43,134 nt of DNA from Reclinomonas americana ATCC 50394 (GCA_048213135.1 PS015059.1:1-43134); one strand, 5' to 3'; positions 13,739-42,527 are shown, counted from the first letter of the stretch. The notes: generated by a model from the letters alone, not told the origin. Numbers and translations: made by a program.

Positions 13739-13996
13739 NNNNNNNNNNNNNNNNNNNNNNNNNNNNNNNNNNNNNNNNNNNNNNNNNNNNNNNNNNNNNN
13801 NNNNNNNNNNNNNNNNNNNNNNNNNNNNNNNNNNNNNNNNNNNNNNNNNNNNNNNNNNNNNNNNNNNNNNNNNNNNNNNNNNNNNNNNNNGTCTCTCTCG
13901 TCTCCTCCTCCTCCTCCCTCCCTCCGGCGTACGTCCGTACTACGTTCGTACCCGTACCCGTTCCCGTACCTACGTCGACAGACGAACTACTACCTA

Positions 13997-14042
<46 letters not shown>

Positions 14043-15438
14043 TCGAGATTTTCAGACTCTTAGTCTCTGTGCATGTTCTCTCGCTCTGTGCGTCGACTCA
14101 CCTCCGGATGCGCATGCAGCAGTGACGCCGACAGCAAACAACGCACACAAAGCACGCACGGCAGCAGCACCCTCTTCGATTGACGAGCGGACACCAATTA
14201 TGCATTGCCATTTCCGGATATCGATGTGCCACGGCAGTCGCGCGGACGGCGCTCACCGTCCGGGCGACACTGCAAAAGGGAAACGGTGTTCGGGGGGCAT
14301 GTACCCGTCGATCGCTCTGGGGGAATCGAGGGCAGGAGTGCTGACGCATCCACATTCAAAGGTTCGATATCTGGCGACGAAAATCAAGCGCACACAACCT
14401 CCACTGGTGCACGCGCAGAAAGAGCAACTGCACTGTGGAGAGCGTGAGCAGACGCTTCTACCCAGACAGCGTGTGTCGCGCAGTGGGCCCTTGGGGTGGC
14501 ATCATGGCGTTCGATATTAGCCTTTTCGGGCGACGCGCATGCGAGAACTCGGAGTCGCCACCCAAACTCTTTGTTTCGCTGTGGTTTGTGAGCACGCACA
14601 GCACCTCTAGTTACAACGCGCTGCCGTGAGAGTCAACACAAAGCGGGAGAAGTGGCATCTCGCAAAAAAGTTCTGTTTTCCGCGAAAAATTGCAGCGCGA
14701 TCGCGAGCTGGAGCAGTTTATATTTTTTGCTTTTTCTCGCGGTGAGTTCACCATGGGCATGTGGCACATAATGTGGCTGTGAGAGATGTGCACACGCATA
14801 CTGGCATGCCAGACACCCTCTCGAAAGTGCACGCGAACAAGCAGCGAGCGTCTGTCAAATGCATCGATATCTCTGCTGCTACGATACTACATTGTTTGTG
14901 GAGTTGCAAGACATCTCTCCCCCTGCATTATGCTCTTGTTAGTGTGCTCCATAGTCGTGTTGCCGGCCCTCGTCCCTTTGTCACCCTCTCCACGCAGCGA
15001 CTCTTTTTCTTTCTGCCACCACTCGTCACTTTGTTTTTCCGTCGGGTTATTGTTTTAGTGAGAGCATTCTTTCCGCACCTCGTGCACAGTCGCGCGTGAC
15101 ACTCAGTGGGAGGCACACGCACTGTCGCCACACGGAGGCGAGTGCACGTGATTTCGTATTGTGTTTGTTTTCACGTCTGCTTTCCGAAAGCGGATAAACG
15201 TTCGTCCGTTTGTGTGCCTGTGTTTGCGTACGTGTGTGTGTTGTGACTCTCACACTCGCTCACTCGGTGATCTATCGCTGTCACGATTGTGTGTGCACAT
15301 GCGTCAGTGTGCGCACAGCGAGTGAGTGCGCAGGCGAATCTGACTGTGGTGCATGGCCGCCCACCATGTCTGGTTTCTGCCGTACACACACACACACACA
15401 CACACANNNNNNNNNNNNNNNNNNNNTTCGTTGTCGTC

Positions 15439-15496
<58 letters not shown>

Positions 15497-15812
15497 CACA
15501 CACACACACGCACACACACACACAACTCACTAGAGTTCGCCAGACTCACTCTATCATCACACGCATCTTTCTCTCTCCGCCACAAGTGTTTGTCCGCTCA
15601 TTCACCACTAAAGTATATATTATATGTATAGGCCGGCCGCTTGCACGTATCCATACATCGCTTCTCAGCCTCTGCAGCGAGCTGCTGGTAGATTGGCAGT
15701 GCTGATGCTTTCTCTCCATCTACTCTTTCCCCCTCTCTGTGCATGATTCAAAATCGACTCATTTCACGCACCTCTCTCCCTCAACCAGTCTCTCTCTCTC
15801 TCTCCACTGGTC

Positions 15813-24948
<9,136 letters not shown>

Positions 24949-25335
24949 AACAGCGCACACACACGCATGACCAGGGGGGGCTGTTCGCTGTGATGGGGAT
25001 GCTTCTCTTTTTTGTTTGGAGTCGCGTGGAGAGTGACAGAACGAGCAAGGACGAGAAGGAGAGACAACGAGACGACTGTTGACTTGTCTTGTTTCGTAGG
25101 TTGTCGTTGTATGTGTACGGGTAGAATGAATAATGACGTGAGGTATTGTTATCGGAATTGTCAACACTTGCACGCAGATATCGACTTTCTTCGTGCCTTC
25201 AGTGGTGCATGGCCAGGTGGGCAGATGTTCGCTCCTAAACTTGGTCATCAAGACAGCTGTTGCTTGTTTGTTGGTGAATGAATTTGTTGTTTACGGTCCC
25301 AACCAATATTCTTCGTCGACTCCGCTTGTTTTTCC

Positions 25336-29564
<4,229 letters not shown>

Positions 29565-29699
29565 TCTCTGCTGCCAGTGATCAAATGTATCTGCTATTTT
29601 ACGCTCAAACGAGTGGGAAGTATGCACACAACAACCGTAGAGAGACTGGAACACGAGAAGAAGAACAACAACAACAACAGCAACAGAAAAACGGCCTCA

Positions 29700-30731
29700 T
29701 CAGAGTCGACCCGCCTGCGCCGCCAGCTGCGCCTCAGTGAGAATCATTCTCTTGGCCAGCACGCCAAACTCCTCCTCGTTGAGGGTTCCATTGCCGTCCT
29801 TGTCCTGGCTTTTGAGCAGCTCCGCCACCTCGGCCTGCGTTGGCTCCTTGACACCGCGCAAATCATCGGCGTACTCTGCACAGAGACGAGACGCCGTCAG
29901 AATACTGTTTGCTGGAGATGATAACACAATAAAAAAAACAGCACGCAACCACTGTAGATCGCCGACAATGCTCGCAACAGTTCCGAAGCATCAATCGAGC
30001 CACCTGTTTGCAGAAGTGCACAAGGTTGATGTTTGTACACTCCCTAATTGCGATTCGGACGTCGTCGACTTGCGCGCAACTGTTGTTCTCGTCGACCGTC
30101 TGGAACGCCTTTCTGCGGATCGCCGGCCACTTATCCGAGTCGAGCTGCGCCTGCAGAGCCGCCAGTCGCTCATCTGTTTGTGCAGAAATGCAAGGTTTGA
30201 GCACAAAAAAAGTGGGCATGTCGTGCAATCTCTCAACGCCCACACACACGCAGCATAACGCATGCACGGAGAGGGACGCAGGAACGTGTACACAGGGAGA
30301 GTATAAGGCAAGGTAAAATAAGGAAGCAACAGTCAACCGACGACGACGATGGTCGTTTGTGTGTGTTTGTGAACACAAGCGCAACTGCTGCAAAACGGAC
30401 GCGCGCACACACACACACACACACAGAGACGCACAAGCAAAGAGTCGAGCTGCGAGGATGCATGCGCGCCTCTCTCTCTCTCTCTCTCTCTCTCTTCTTC
30501 TCTCTCTCCAGAACATGTGATATTCATGTCACAAACCTGACTGTGAGCGAGGCGCTGCTGCTGCGGTCTCGTTGTTTGCCGCTGCCGGAGACTGTGCCTT
30601 GTTGGCCGCTGCACACAACGAGAAAGAAAGAGAGAGTGAGTGGCAAGACATAACGCACAGAGAGACAAAAGAGCGAGTGAGATCATCTCACCAGCCACTG
30701 GCTCAGCGCTCTTTGATGTTCCGCAGCCCAT
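29700..30731 (-). CDS. N-acylated two-EF-hand calcium-binding protein (5 exons)
   Basis: N-terminus MGCGTSK fits myristoylation plus palmitoylation. EF loops DENNSGSIDASE (restored by intron 30080-30004) and DKDGNGTLNEEE. Confidence 0.85.
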
Positions 30732-30853
30732 TTGTTGTTAGAGAGAGAGTGTGTGTGTGTGAAGGAGAAAGAGGACTTGGTGACTGCTCAACGCAAGTGC
30801 AAAAAACAACAGCTCCGCAACGAGCCGCTCAAATTGTGCTTTCGGACACTGTT

Positions 30854-33800
30854 TCACTTCCGCCTACTCCTTTTCTTCTGCGGCTGCTCATCTGCTTCTT
30901 CTTCTTCTTCTTTCTCATCTCCTTCCTCAGCCTCCATTGCCTCCTCTGCGTCTTCGTCGGCGTCTTTGGAGACTTCGTGAAGCAGGCGCCGACGAGAACG
31001 GGATGCAGAAGTCGAGGTGGGATTCGGCTGGCGCGCAAGAGGCGGTGACATGAGTGCTGCAGGCTGTGGTGGTGGTGGAGGTGGTGGAGGTGGAGCAGCA
31101 GCAGCAGCAGCAGTTGTCAATGTCCGCCGTGTCGACACCGCATTTGGCAAGTTCACACCCGAGAGCGCGGGCGCCTCGAACATGAGTTCTGGCGAAGTAA
31201 ACGACGACTGTTCGCGCTGAAAGAGCAGCAGGTACGCCTCTTGTGCCTCGACCTTGCAGTTTTTCACCGATTTGACCTGCACGCAATAGAGGTGAGCCGA
31301 CACAACATTGCATTGCCTGATTGATACCGAAGCTCACCACGTGATCATTGTAATGCTGCGAGTGGAGCAATCACACCATGCGTGAGTGACATTGAAGTAG
31401 GGATAGTATGAAACAGTTATAATCGCTTACCCGGAACGAAAGATAGCGATCCGACTGCATGGCTGGCTCCGGGAAGCCGGCATTGTCACGCGCAAAACAA
31501 GTATAGTGGCCGCTCGAGGGACTCCGGCCGTGGTGCACCACCACAGCCACCAGGTGGTACGCCACTGTGCGCGCCGCTGTGTTGCAAACGAAGATGAGGA
31601 GGGGGAAGTGGACATGAGAGCATTGACGGGGTGCAACGAACTGCGCTTCTCCTGTTGCCATTCGGTGCGGAAGACGAGCGGCTTCTCGGTCGAAAACGTC
31701 ACTGGTGTGATGACTTTGCGTGGCCACAGGAAGCGCTTCAGGCTGATGCACAGCACGTCGGGTAGCTTAGAAAACAGCATCGTCTTGACGGCGTCGCGCT
31801 TGCCGTTGCACCGATCGCACATGTACTGCTCGTCGCCGGTTAGCGACTCGGAGCTCGTGAAAGCCGCAAGGCATTCTGCGCAAACGCACTCATGTTGAGA
31901 GGCGATCGAGCGTTGGAGTGTGTGAATGCCCCTTCGCGTCACCTTCCAGCGTCACTGCGGGAGCAACGGCACCGCGAGTGGACGATCCGCGAGACGACGA
32001 CTCAGACGGTGTGGTGGGAATGGTCAGCGAAGTGCCTGCGCCGCGCCACGCCGCGCGCGTGTGTGAGTGGGTATCACTCAATCGCACGCCGACCCACCTC
32101 ACACACGGCGCAACTGAATGTCTTCTCACGACGGCTGGACGATTGACCACAGCCGGAACACACCACCGTGGAGGTGACTTCGCCCTCGAACAGTTTCGTC
32201 ACCACGCGGGGTTCTGCACACAGACAACTGAGTGCTAAAGATGGCAAGGACTTCACGAAGGGGTGTGACATGCGTACCACCGTCGTGAGGCCCATTGAGT
32301 AACCGCAGCTCGGCATCCAGATTTTCTGCGACGCCGGTGAACACACGCTAGCACAAAAAACGTTGTTCCCACTCAATCGCTCACTCACCAAGCAGCATGT
32401 AGAAAAACTCCTCTACGCGTCACCAATTACACAATGAGCACATCAGTCTTGCTCTGTGCACCCTCTGCAAATTACCACACACACCTGCATCCTGCTGATT
32501 GTATCCCTGAAACATGGGCATGTGCTTCCACACGGCCTTGAGCAGATCCTGCGGCGTGTACACTGCCACTTTGCCCTCTCGCAGCGTGCTATTGTGCACA
32601 CGAGGAAATGATCAGCAGCACGCCACCAGCAACGCTCGTGCCAGCACATTACCGAATGGTATTTTGCAGCTCCAGTGCCAGTGAGATGCGCCGACTGGCG
32701 GTGCCTGGAGTCGGTGGCGGCATGGAGAACAGCGTGGTTGCTGCGCCGCGGCGTGGTGCTGGCTCGGCGAACGGAGTCTGCGACGACGATGATGACGACG
32801 GGAATGCCGCCTGCAGCGCCAGTGACAGCGCTTGTGACGGCAGCGTGAGGAAGAAGCGACGCAGCGGGGCCACGTGGCTCAGGCCTTGTACTGAGAGAGA
32901 ACACGAGTCAGCATACATACACCACACAGGGCATGTGTGCGCTTAGCACTCACCGACACTGTTCAGGTAGCACGTGTTGCCAAGATTGCGGAGGCCGCCC
33001 GGTTGCGTGAGCGAACGCGGCGTTCCCATGGGTGTGCGCGGCGTGGACGGAGTCTGTGGCACCATTCCGGGGTAGCGAGCGGCATTCAGCGTTTCAATTG
33101 GACTCCGCACTGCGGCGACGGCGGCCTGTGGCGTGGCAATCGACAGCAGCGGCTTGGTGGCGGCAACGGGCTTCAGTGCGAGGTCTACGGGAGGGTGAGA
33201 GTGAGCACCATGCACACTTCTGTCACAAATATTTTCTCGTGATGCGCAACTGGAGGGTCGACGACGGGCAACAGCTGTACCCGTCTCTGGCGCAGTAGCA
33301 CCAGTAGCAGCAGCAGCAGCAGCAGCAGCGGCTGTCCCCGACGATCCCTCCGACATGGACGGCGCATCGGTGAGAGCCGGCGGTGTTACGCCACCACTGC
33401 TGCTGCCGGACGACGTGGGCGACACGCTTGTCGGCGACGGAGGAGCCGCCGCGGCCGCCGCCACTAATCGCGCATATCTCTGCTCCCGTGCCCACGTGTA
33501 CCAGGTGAGGAAGGCACGTGAAAGATTGAGCGATCGCCACCGAGCAACAGCCGTGTACAGTCGGTCACGCGCATCGGCGTCCAGGATGCGAATGGGCTCC
33601 GGCTGCGACGACGAGCGAGTGAATTGGAGAGTAGAGAGAGGGAGACAGAGAGAGAGAGAGATGCAGGAGGAGACAGACCCCGTCCTCATTTTCGTCATCA
33701 TCATCATCGTCATCGGTGCAGGCAGAGCCTCTGTCGTGATCATGCTCCCCTTCCTCCTCCTCTTCCTCCTTCTCCTCGTCTTCCATGGTTGCATCTCCGT

Positions 33801-35070
33801 CGTCATCGGTGTGGAGCGAGAGCGACAGAGATGGTGTTGGTGTTGGCGTGGGCGTGGAGAGGTCCATCGCAGCCACACGGCTGCGTGTTCGTCGTGGAAC
33901 ACTCGGCGACGCAACCGTTCCGGCGCGATGCGATCGACGCACCTGGCGCACGGTGCGAAACACCTCACGCACCGTCGCCAGGTCGTTGTTGTACGAGTCG
34001 TTCACCACCCAGTCGTCGCACTCGTAGCTGGAGAGAACGAGAGAGAGAGAGGAGGGTGATTGAGAAGGAGCAACAACGAGAGGAAGGGGTGGGTGACGCC
34101 AGACCAGAACACGGCCAGCGACTTGATGTCGATGACCAGGCACTGCGGGGTGAAACGCGAATCAATGAGCGAGAAACAACAGGAGAGGCAAGGATTCAGT
34201 GCAGCATCTCAGAGTCGACAAAAAGACGGCAACAAGGACGAGACAGAAGTCGTCCAGTTCAGCAAGTCCGAGTCAAAGGAGAACAGGATGGATCTGAAAA
34301 GGAGTGGACGAGTGCACAATGAGAGAGTCTGGCACCAAGAAGAGAATGCACAGTGGAAAGAGTTCGGCACTGCATCGAGGCTCTTCTCATCATAGGAGAA
34401 TACGATGCATCCGAGCAAGACAAGACGAATGCACAACGAGAGAGTCTGAAACCAAGAAGAGAATGCATGTGGATAGAGTCCAGCACTGCATCGAGGTTCT
34501 TCCCAACAAGGAGAACACGATGCATCCGAGTTGACGAATGCACAATGAGAGGGTCTTGCACCAAGAAGAGAATGCACAGTGGAACGAGTTGAGCACTGTA
34601 TCGAGGCTCATCGCATCATAGAACACGATTCATCCGAGCAAAACAAGACGAATGTACAATGAGAGAGAGGCTGTTTAAGCAAACAGCCCACAAGTACAGA
34701 ATGCACCAAAGATAGAGTCCAGCACTGCATCGAAGGCCTTTTCACACTCCCGTGTTGCACATGCATGCATGCATTGCACACACACACGAAACATGATTCT
34801 TCTCCTCATAATGCCGCAATCCATGATGATGCTTATCCTCGCGCCCACATCCCACATGCCCACATCGCAGACACATCCACAGCGCCTCATACGAAGTCCC
34901 ACACTCTTTCACACACAAAACACACACACCATGAGCCACACACACGAGTGAGAGACACACACACACACACGCGTGTGCTGACCAAAGCAGTTCCACTCAT
35001 TGGGCGCGCGTGCCACCTGCGACACTTTGCGCATGTTGATGTCGCCAATGTGCGGGCATTCGTCAGTCAT
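30854..35070 (-). CDS. Ubiquitin-specific protease (peptidase C19) with N-terminal zf-UBP, USP3/44/49-like
   Basis: zf-UBP motifs CPH...WMCLRCGHVGCGR...H...HYEE...FCYECDDWV. Cys box GLRNLGNTCYLNS (32955-33000), QQD, CDRCNGK, LCISLKRF, His box HHGRSPSSGHYTCF, HYNDHV, QEAYLLLF. Confidence 0.9.
34307..34738. repeat. Intronic minisatellite, ~110-117 bp unit, ~3.7 copies
   Basis: GACGARTGYACAAYGAGAG recurs at 34307, 34424, 34533 and 34647. Confidence 0.9.
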
Positions 35071-35155
35071 GTTGTGAGAGTGAAGAGCGACGGAGAGAGT
35101 GCGCGGAAAATTCACTCACAATCTTTGCATTTGCCTCTCTGAGAGAGTAAAAACA

Positions 35156-37546
35156 ATGATCGCCGACGAAGACGAGGACTACTGTGGACCGGCCAGTGTG
35201 CCAGTCGCACCACAGCCTGTCACAGGTGCAAACAATGAAAGAGAGAAAGCGAGAGAGAGAGAGAGAGGAGAGAGAGAGGCGCACACACTTGCACACACAC
35301 ACTCACTCTGCACACACAGACGCACACACAGGCAATCTCTCAATACACTCGCTCTCTCTCTCTCTGCTTGCTTGCTTGCTTGCTCCCTCTCCACTCTGCC
35401 TCTCTTTCCAGCTGCATGCAATCAGTCATGCATTCGCGTAATCACTCACTCTTCTCTCTCTCTCTCAGACACTCCTGCACACGAGTCCTACGCCCACGAA
35501 GACGACTTTTACGACGAGGACGAGGACGACGACGAGCTGGACTCGGATGAAGAGAGTTTCGCAAGAAAAAAGGAGCCGAGATTAGCTCCATTTCTTCTCA
35601 CTACTCTCAACATTACGCAGCGTACTTGTGTCTGGAGGATGGCATGGAGAGTGGGCGCTTTGCGACGGGTGTGTCGGGTGTGGCCATGGCCTCGGTGGCG
35701 CGGAATGCCAGTGCCAGCGGTGCGAGTGGCAGTGGAATGCGTGCGAACCCGACCATGCAGCCCATGGAGCATCGCTTCCGCAAGATGGAGCAGCGCATCA
35801 ACACGTCGTCGTACTCGAATCGTGTGGTGACGGGCATGAAGCAGTTCCAGGCCAAGGACGAGGCGCAGAGGTTGCAGCAGACCTCGTTCCTGCTGCTGCT
35901 GCTGCTGCTGTTGTTGTTGTCTCACTCGTCGTTCTCGCAGAATTCGCGTCACGGAGAAGAGCGATCACGCGACGACGGAACTGGTGCTCGATCAGCGCAC
36001 CAAGATGATTCTGTACCGCCTGCTCAACAAGAACTTCATTAGCGAGATCAACGGCTGCGTGTCGACCGGCAAGGAGGCCAATGTGTATCATGCGCTGAGT
36101 GGCGAAGTCGAGGGCTGCGCCGTGGTCGAGTACGCCGTCAAGATCTACAAGACCAGCATTCTCGTTTTCAAGGATCGCGAGCGCTACGTGCAGGGCGAGT
36201 TTCGCTTCCGGCACGGCTTCAACAAGAGCAATCCGCGCCAGATGGTCAAGCAGTGGGCCGAGAAGGAGATGCGCAATCTGAAGAGGTGCGCTCGCGCTCT
36301 CTCTCTCACACACACACTCTCTCTCTCCCTCTCCTGTTGTACAGACCTCTCGCTTACTTTCTTTCCCCCCTCGCAGACTGCGTGCTGGTGGCGTGCCGGT
36401 GCCCGAACCCGTGTTGCTGAAGCAGACGGTGTTGGTGATGGAGTTCCTCGGTCACGACGGTGTGGCGGCGCCGCGCCTGAAGGATGCCGAGTTGTCGGTC
36501 AACAAGTACCACGAGCTGTATTTGCAGTGCGTGAGGAACATGCGACACATGTACCAGCGGTGTCGTCTGGTGCACGCGGATTTCTCCGAGTACAACATTC
36601 TGTTGCGTCGCTCTTGCGTCGCGTTTCGATCCAGCTTTCTGCTCACCGCCTTCTCCTGGCACAGCTATCACAACGACATGCTCTACATTATCGATGTGTC
36701 GCAATCGGTGGAGCACGACCATCCCATGGCGCTGACCTTCCTCAAGAAAGGCATGTCTGCGGCTGTTTTGTTTATGTCTCTGCTCGTGCTCCTGTCGCTC
36801 ATTGCCGGCTCCTCGCCAGACTGCACCAATGCGACCGACTTTTTCCGCAAGCACGGTGTCGTGCACGCAATGACCATTCGTGAGTTGTTCGAGTTCATCA
36901 CCGACGTCAACATCACCGACGAGATGGAGGACGCGTGGCTGGAGGCGAAGCAGACTGAGATTGAGCAGCGCGGTCCGATGACCGCCGAGCAGGAGCAGGA
37001 GGAGGCCGTGTTCCGCGAGACGCACATTCCGCGCACACTTGCCGAGGTGGCGGACGCCGAGCGCGACGTGGATCGGGCCAAGAGCGGTGACATGGACGGA
37101 GTTTCGTTGCTTGTCGTTCACCTTGCACCTACTCGTGTGCGTTTTCGTCTGACTCGCTGGTGATGCAGATCTATTACCAGTCTGTTACTGGCATTCAGCT
37201 GCAGCAGCCGGCGAGTGACGGTGGTGGTGGTGCCAGTTCATCGGCTGCCCCTGGTGAGGAGGCGGCGGCGGCACGGGCAGAGGGTGAGGGAGAGGACAGC
37301 GACGGCGGTTCGGATGGCGAGGGCTCTGAGTCGGAGTCGGAGGAGTCGGGAGACGAGGAGGGTGCGCGTGAGCGGCGGCCGCGTATGCGGTCCATGCCCG
37401 CCGAGCTGGAGGGCCTGTCCAAGGCCGAGCGCAAGAAGAAGGTCAAGGAGATGAAGGCCGAGAAGCGCGCCAACAAGGTGCCGAAGCACGTGAAGAAGCG
37501 CAACCAGAAGCTGGCGAAGATGGGCATTGGCAGCAAGCGCAACTAG
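35156..37546 (+). CDS. RIO1: Serine/threonine atypical kinase RIO1
   Basis: [70 protein letters not shown], and Lys-rich C-terminus KVPKHVKK; 8 exons. Confidence 0.95.
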
Positions 37547-37719
37547 CCGTCTATAATCTCTCTCTTTCGTACAAAAACACACTAATAGAGCGAATGTCTA
37601 TGGAACCTCTCCTCCCTCTCCCTCGCTGCCACGCACATGGAGATTCATTGTCGCCCTCAACGTGTGGGCATTCTAGGTTTTTTCTATCTACACTCCACCA
37701 CCCCACCCACCGTCGCCAA

Positions 37720-39083
<1,364 letters not shown>

Positions 39084-39139
39084 TGCAAGAAAGTACACAG
39101 GTTTTCGTGGCAATTTCCTCCCCTTTTCATCTCATTCTC

Positions 39140-40818
39140 ATGCGTTGCTCGTGGGCAACATGTGCGCTTCTGCTTGTGCTTCTTGCTGTGTGCGTGAGTG
39201 GCAAGCCGCAGCCTGCAGAGCACTACTTGCAACCAAGGTCTCTCTCTGTGTGTGTGTGTGGCCCACTGTTGTTGCTGCATGGCCTCTGACTCGCTGGCAG
39301 TTGTTATGACCCGCGTAATCAGTCACAAGACGCATGTGAGCAGTTCAGCTTGCACGATACATGCCCGGTGTTGTCGCCGTGTGGATGGTGTGCTCCTGAT
39401 CCAAAAGACCCAGTTGCGCGTCTCTCACACACAAAGCATGTGATTGATCGGAATTTCTCATGTTATGTGCAAAAGCTTGCACGAGGTGCGTGTCTGTTTG
39501 CGGAGACCTCGGGCACTCCGCGTGAGGGACGGGGCTTCCCCGAGTGTCCCAAGGAGCGATGGACGCCGTACTTGCCGGAGAACTGCAGCTATCATGTGGT
39601 GTGGGATCCGCTGTCGATTATCATGGCGTCGGTGTTGTTGGCTGGCAGTGCGTGGGCGGTGAGGAGGAGGACGAGGAAGAGGACGAGGCTGTTCCTGGTG
39701 TTCACTGTCTCTCTTCTTGCAGTTGATCAAGTTCCTGTTCTCGTTGAAGGGCCACAGCTTGACATTCATGGTTTCGTCTGCCGTTCTGCGTTGTTGTTGT
39801 TGTTGCGTGTGAATGACTTACGGCTCGTTGCAGATGTTCATGGTGGATGTCAGCACGCTGCTGATTGTGTTCCGCCTCATCATTGTGGCGGCTCGTGGCG
39901 GCAGCAACAGCAGTTTGCTCTCGTTGCGTCGTCGCGTCGCTAACTATCGGTGAGGGTATGCTGACGCAAGCGTGTGGCATGCGCAGTCGCGTGCTGGTGC
40001 TCTTCCTGGTGTTTTATGATTTCCGCTCGCTGCTGGCGGGTGTGGGAGCCGAGGCTGCGCGCCATCCGACCAAAGCCAAGGTGTGTGTTGGTGAGGAGAC
40101 GCGCGCTCTATTCGTGAGTCTCATCGATCGGTCGCAGTATCTGCACATGTCACTCGCGGCGAGTTGGACGCTCACAGGCACGCTGTTGGGCTTGTCGTTC
40201 CTGCCTCCGCTGGAGGACTACGAGTCGGGCCTGGTGACGCTCGCCTCCATGTGTTGCATGGTCTCCGACGGAGCCATTGAGTATTGGGAGCTGCGACCGT
40301 ATGTGCGTGACGCGCACAGCCGCTGGCGACACGTACTGCTGCCGGCCATTGCCTTTCTGTGGACCTGCATGGTTGGGCTTGTGATTGGCACGGTGCGCTC
40401 GTCATGGCTTGCCAGCTGCGGAGTTTTTGTCACTTGCTCACTGCGTGGCAGTTTGTGGCGCCCGAGGACACTGCGTTCGTGTTGCACATTGGCACCGTGG
40501 CTGTGGTGTGCATTCATGTTGCGTGGCGTAGTCTGCCTTATTCATCCAGCGCCGTCCCTCACAATGTCGTTCCCCCTCACAGATGCAAGGTGTTTTGATC
40601 ATGCCAATCCACTCTTCCGCCATCTCGGTTCCTCACTCCTCCTCCTGTCTTCCTCTCCCTCCTCAGTCATCAGCTGGGCCTCAATTCTGCTCGGCCAATC
40701 GACACCACACGACGTTGACGGGCACGCACACGGCGGCAGCACGGGCGACGAGCACGGCGAATGGTCCGCGCTCAAAGACATGGCCGACACCGGCACCAAG
40801 GCCAAGTCGTACCACTAA
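39140..40818 (+). CDS. Hypothetical membrane protein: signal peptide, Cys-rich (PSI-like) ectodomain, multiple TM segments
   Basis: MRCSWATCALLLVLLAVCVSG; CEQ..CPVLSPCGWC..GACL..G...ECPKERW; several hydrophobic exons; stop TAA at 40816-40818. Some internal junctions are uncertain. Confidence 0.6.
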
Positions 40819-40905
40819 CCATGGCACGGCAACCGAATCCCCTGTACATCATACCGAATGCAAACACAACTCTCTTTTTTACAATAACACACCCACACGC
40901 ACGCC

Positions 40906-42193
40906 TTATCTCTTGGGCCTCGCAGCCTGCTCATCGTCCTTGCCGTCGCTGGTCATGGCCTCCACCATTTGCTGACGGAGAGCAAAGGCCAGTGGCACGA
41001 GAACAGGCACAACGTAGAAGCTGACGACCGAGGAGACGGCGCCGCAAATGGCGCCCATCGCAGCCGTGCTGGCCACCTCACGGGCCAGCATGCCGTGATA
41101 GGAGGCACCGTCGCGGAGACCCTCCTCCACAAACAGCAGGTGCCAGCCGAGAATCCACGCGTGGACGAGCGGAATCAGACTGACGCCCCACAAACCACGA
41201 CGCACGGCCAGCAAGCGAACACGCTGACTGGCCTCGGCCGATGCCATGGCGGCAGCCGAGGCCGCCAGACGAGTACGCACGTATGGCCACGCCAGGCTGA
41301 GCACGACAGAGATGGGCAGCCACGAGAGGGCCTCACGAGCGACGCGTCGAGAGAGCACCAGCGAGGGATCGGTCAGACACAGTTCCACCTCGGGCAGCGA
41401 CAGTGACTGCGTTCGCGACACAAAGAGTGACGAGGGTTTCATGGGGAGAAGATATGAGAGAGAGAGCGAGAGAAGAGACGCACGTGTGCTGTTCTCTTGT
41501 CGGCCTCGAATGTGGCCAGCAGCAGTGCGGCCGTGTCGCGCAAATCACGATGTGCCAACTTGGACTCCAGCAGTCGACGGATGCGGTTTCTCTGCTCCGG
41601 CGTCGCCACTGGAGAGCAAGCATTAACAAGGGTGGTAACAATACCAACGTAATGGAAGACAAATACCATCGAGCATCGCCAGATGATGCAGGGTGACAAG
41701 CACAGGTGCATCCATGTCCTGCCGCGTCGAGTACAGCTGCTCCAACACATCCAGCTGCGCGAGACATGTGAAGCGTCAGTCGCCAGACTGCATGCAAACA
41801 CTAGATATAGACACAACGCAACGTGGTGACTGGCAACATTCCTCGCGTGCTCCACATGCTGTGTCAGAACCACCGCCACGCGCAGCGTGCCAGTCTGGTC
41901 GTTCAGTAGGCGCTGCGAGGTGGCACGCACAGCCTCCAAGAAGTGCAAGTCGTGCAGCCGTCGTGCAAATTCGCGACTCGTTCCGTGCTCAGAACCTGCA
42001 TGCGCCAGCGGAAATCAGACTGCGCTCAAGGTGCGTGCGTGCGCGCGATGACATGATTCGAAACCTTGCGCATTGGCACTGACAAACTCCATGATGCGAA
42101 TGAGCTCCTCCTTGCTGTTGGTCTCGCGCGTCACACGCACGAGCTCCGGCACAAAGGTGGCACTCTCCACCAGCAAGTACGGGAGTGCGAAGC
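40906..42193 (-). CDS. Hypothetical protein (5'-partial): helical region followed by ~4 TM segments
   Basis: Five exons starting at acceptor 42194 join in frame (FALPYLLVES...; LDVLEQLYST...; SLSLPEVEL...AARPKR*). The 5' exon(s) probably lie beyond the window. Confidence 0.6.
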
Positions 42194-42527
42194 CTGAGTG
42201 TGAGAGGAGGGGGAAAGAGAGAGAAGGGGGTGAGGCGAGGAGAGGGAAGAGGACAGGTCGAGAAGACAGAACGAGCATGAGCGGAGACAGAAGAAGAGAC
42301 AGGAAACAAGACTTCTGCGCTCATGATTGAGTGCGTACTGGGTCAGCAACCACACGAGAAGGGGAAGGCCGCTTGAGTGAACGGGCAAAGAATCAAGATA
42401 GATAGCGAGGGATCAACGACAGGAAAGCGTGACAGAGTGTGTTCAGGCGAGGTCCAGAAGAGACAAGACCAGCGCACACACAGAGCGTAAGAGTGTCAAC
42501 ACAAAGGAAGTCAACAAGAGGCAAGGC

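Noticed and set aside
13227-15812. Possible gene or ncRNA in the long region upstream of the FN3 gene
   Set aside because: No ORF with coding-like codon use or motifs, and no recognisable tRNA or snRNA. Treated as intergenic/regulatory, although a covariance-model search could not be run.
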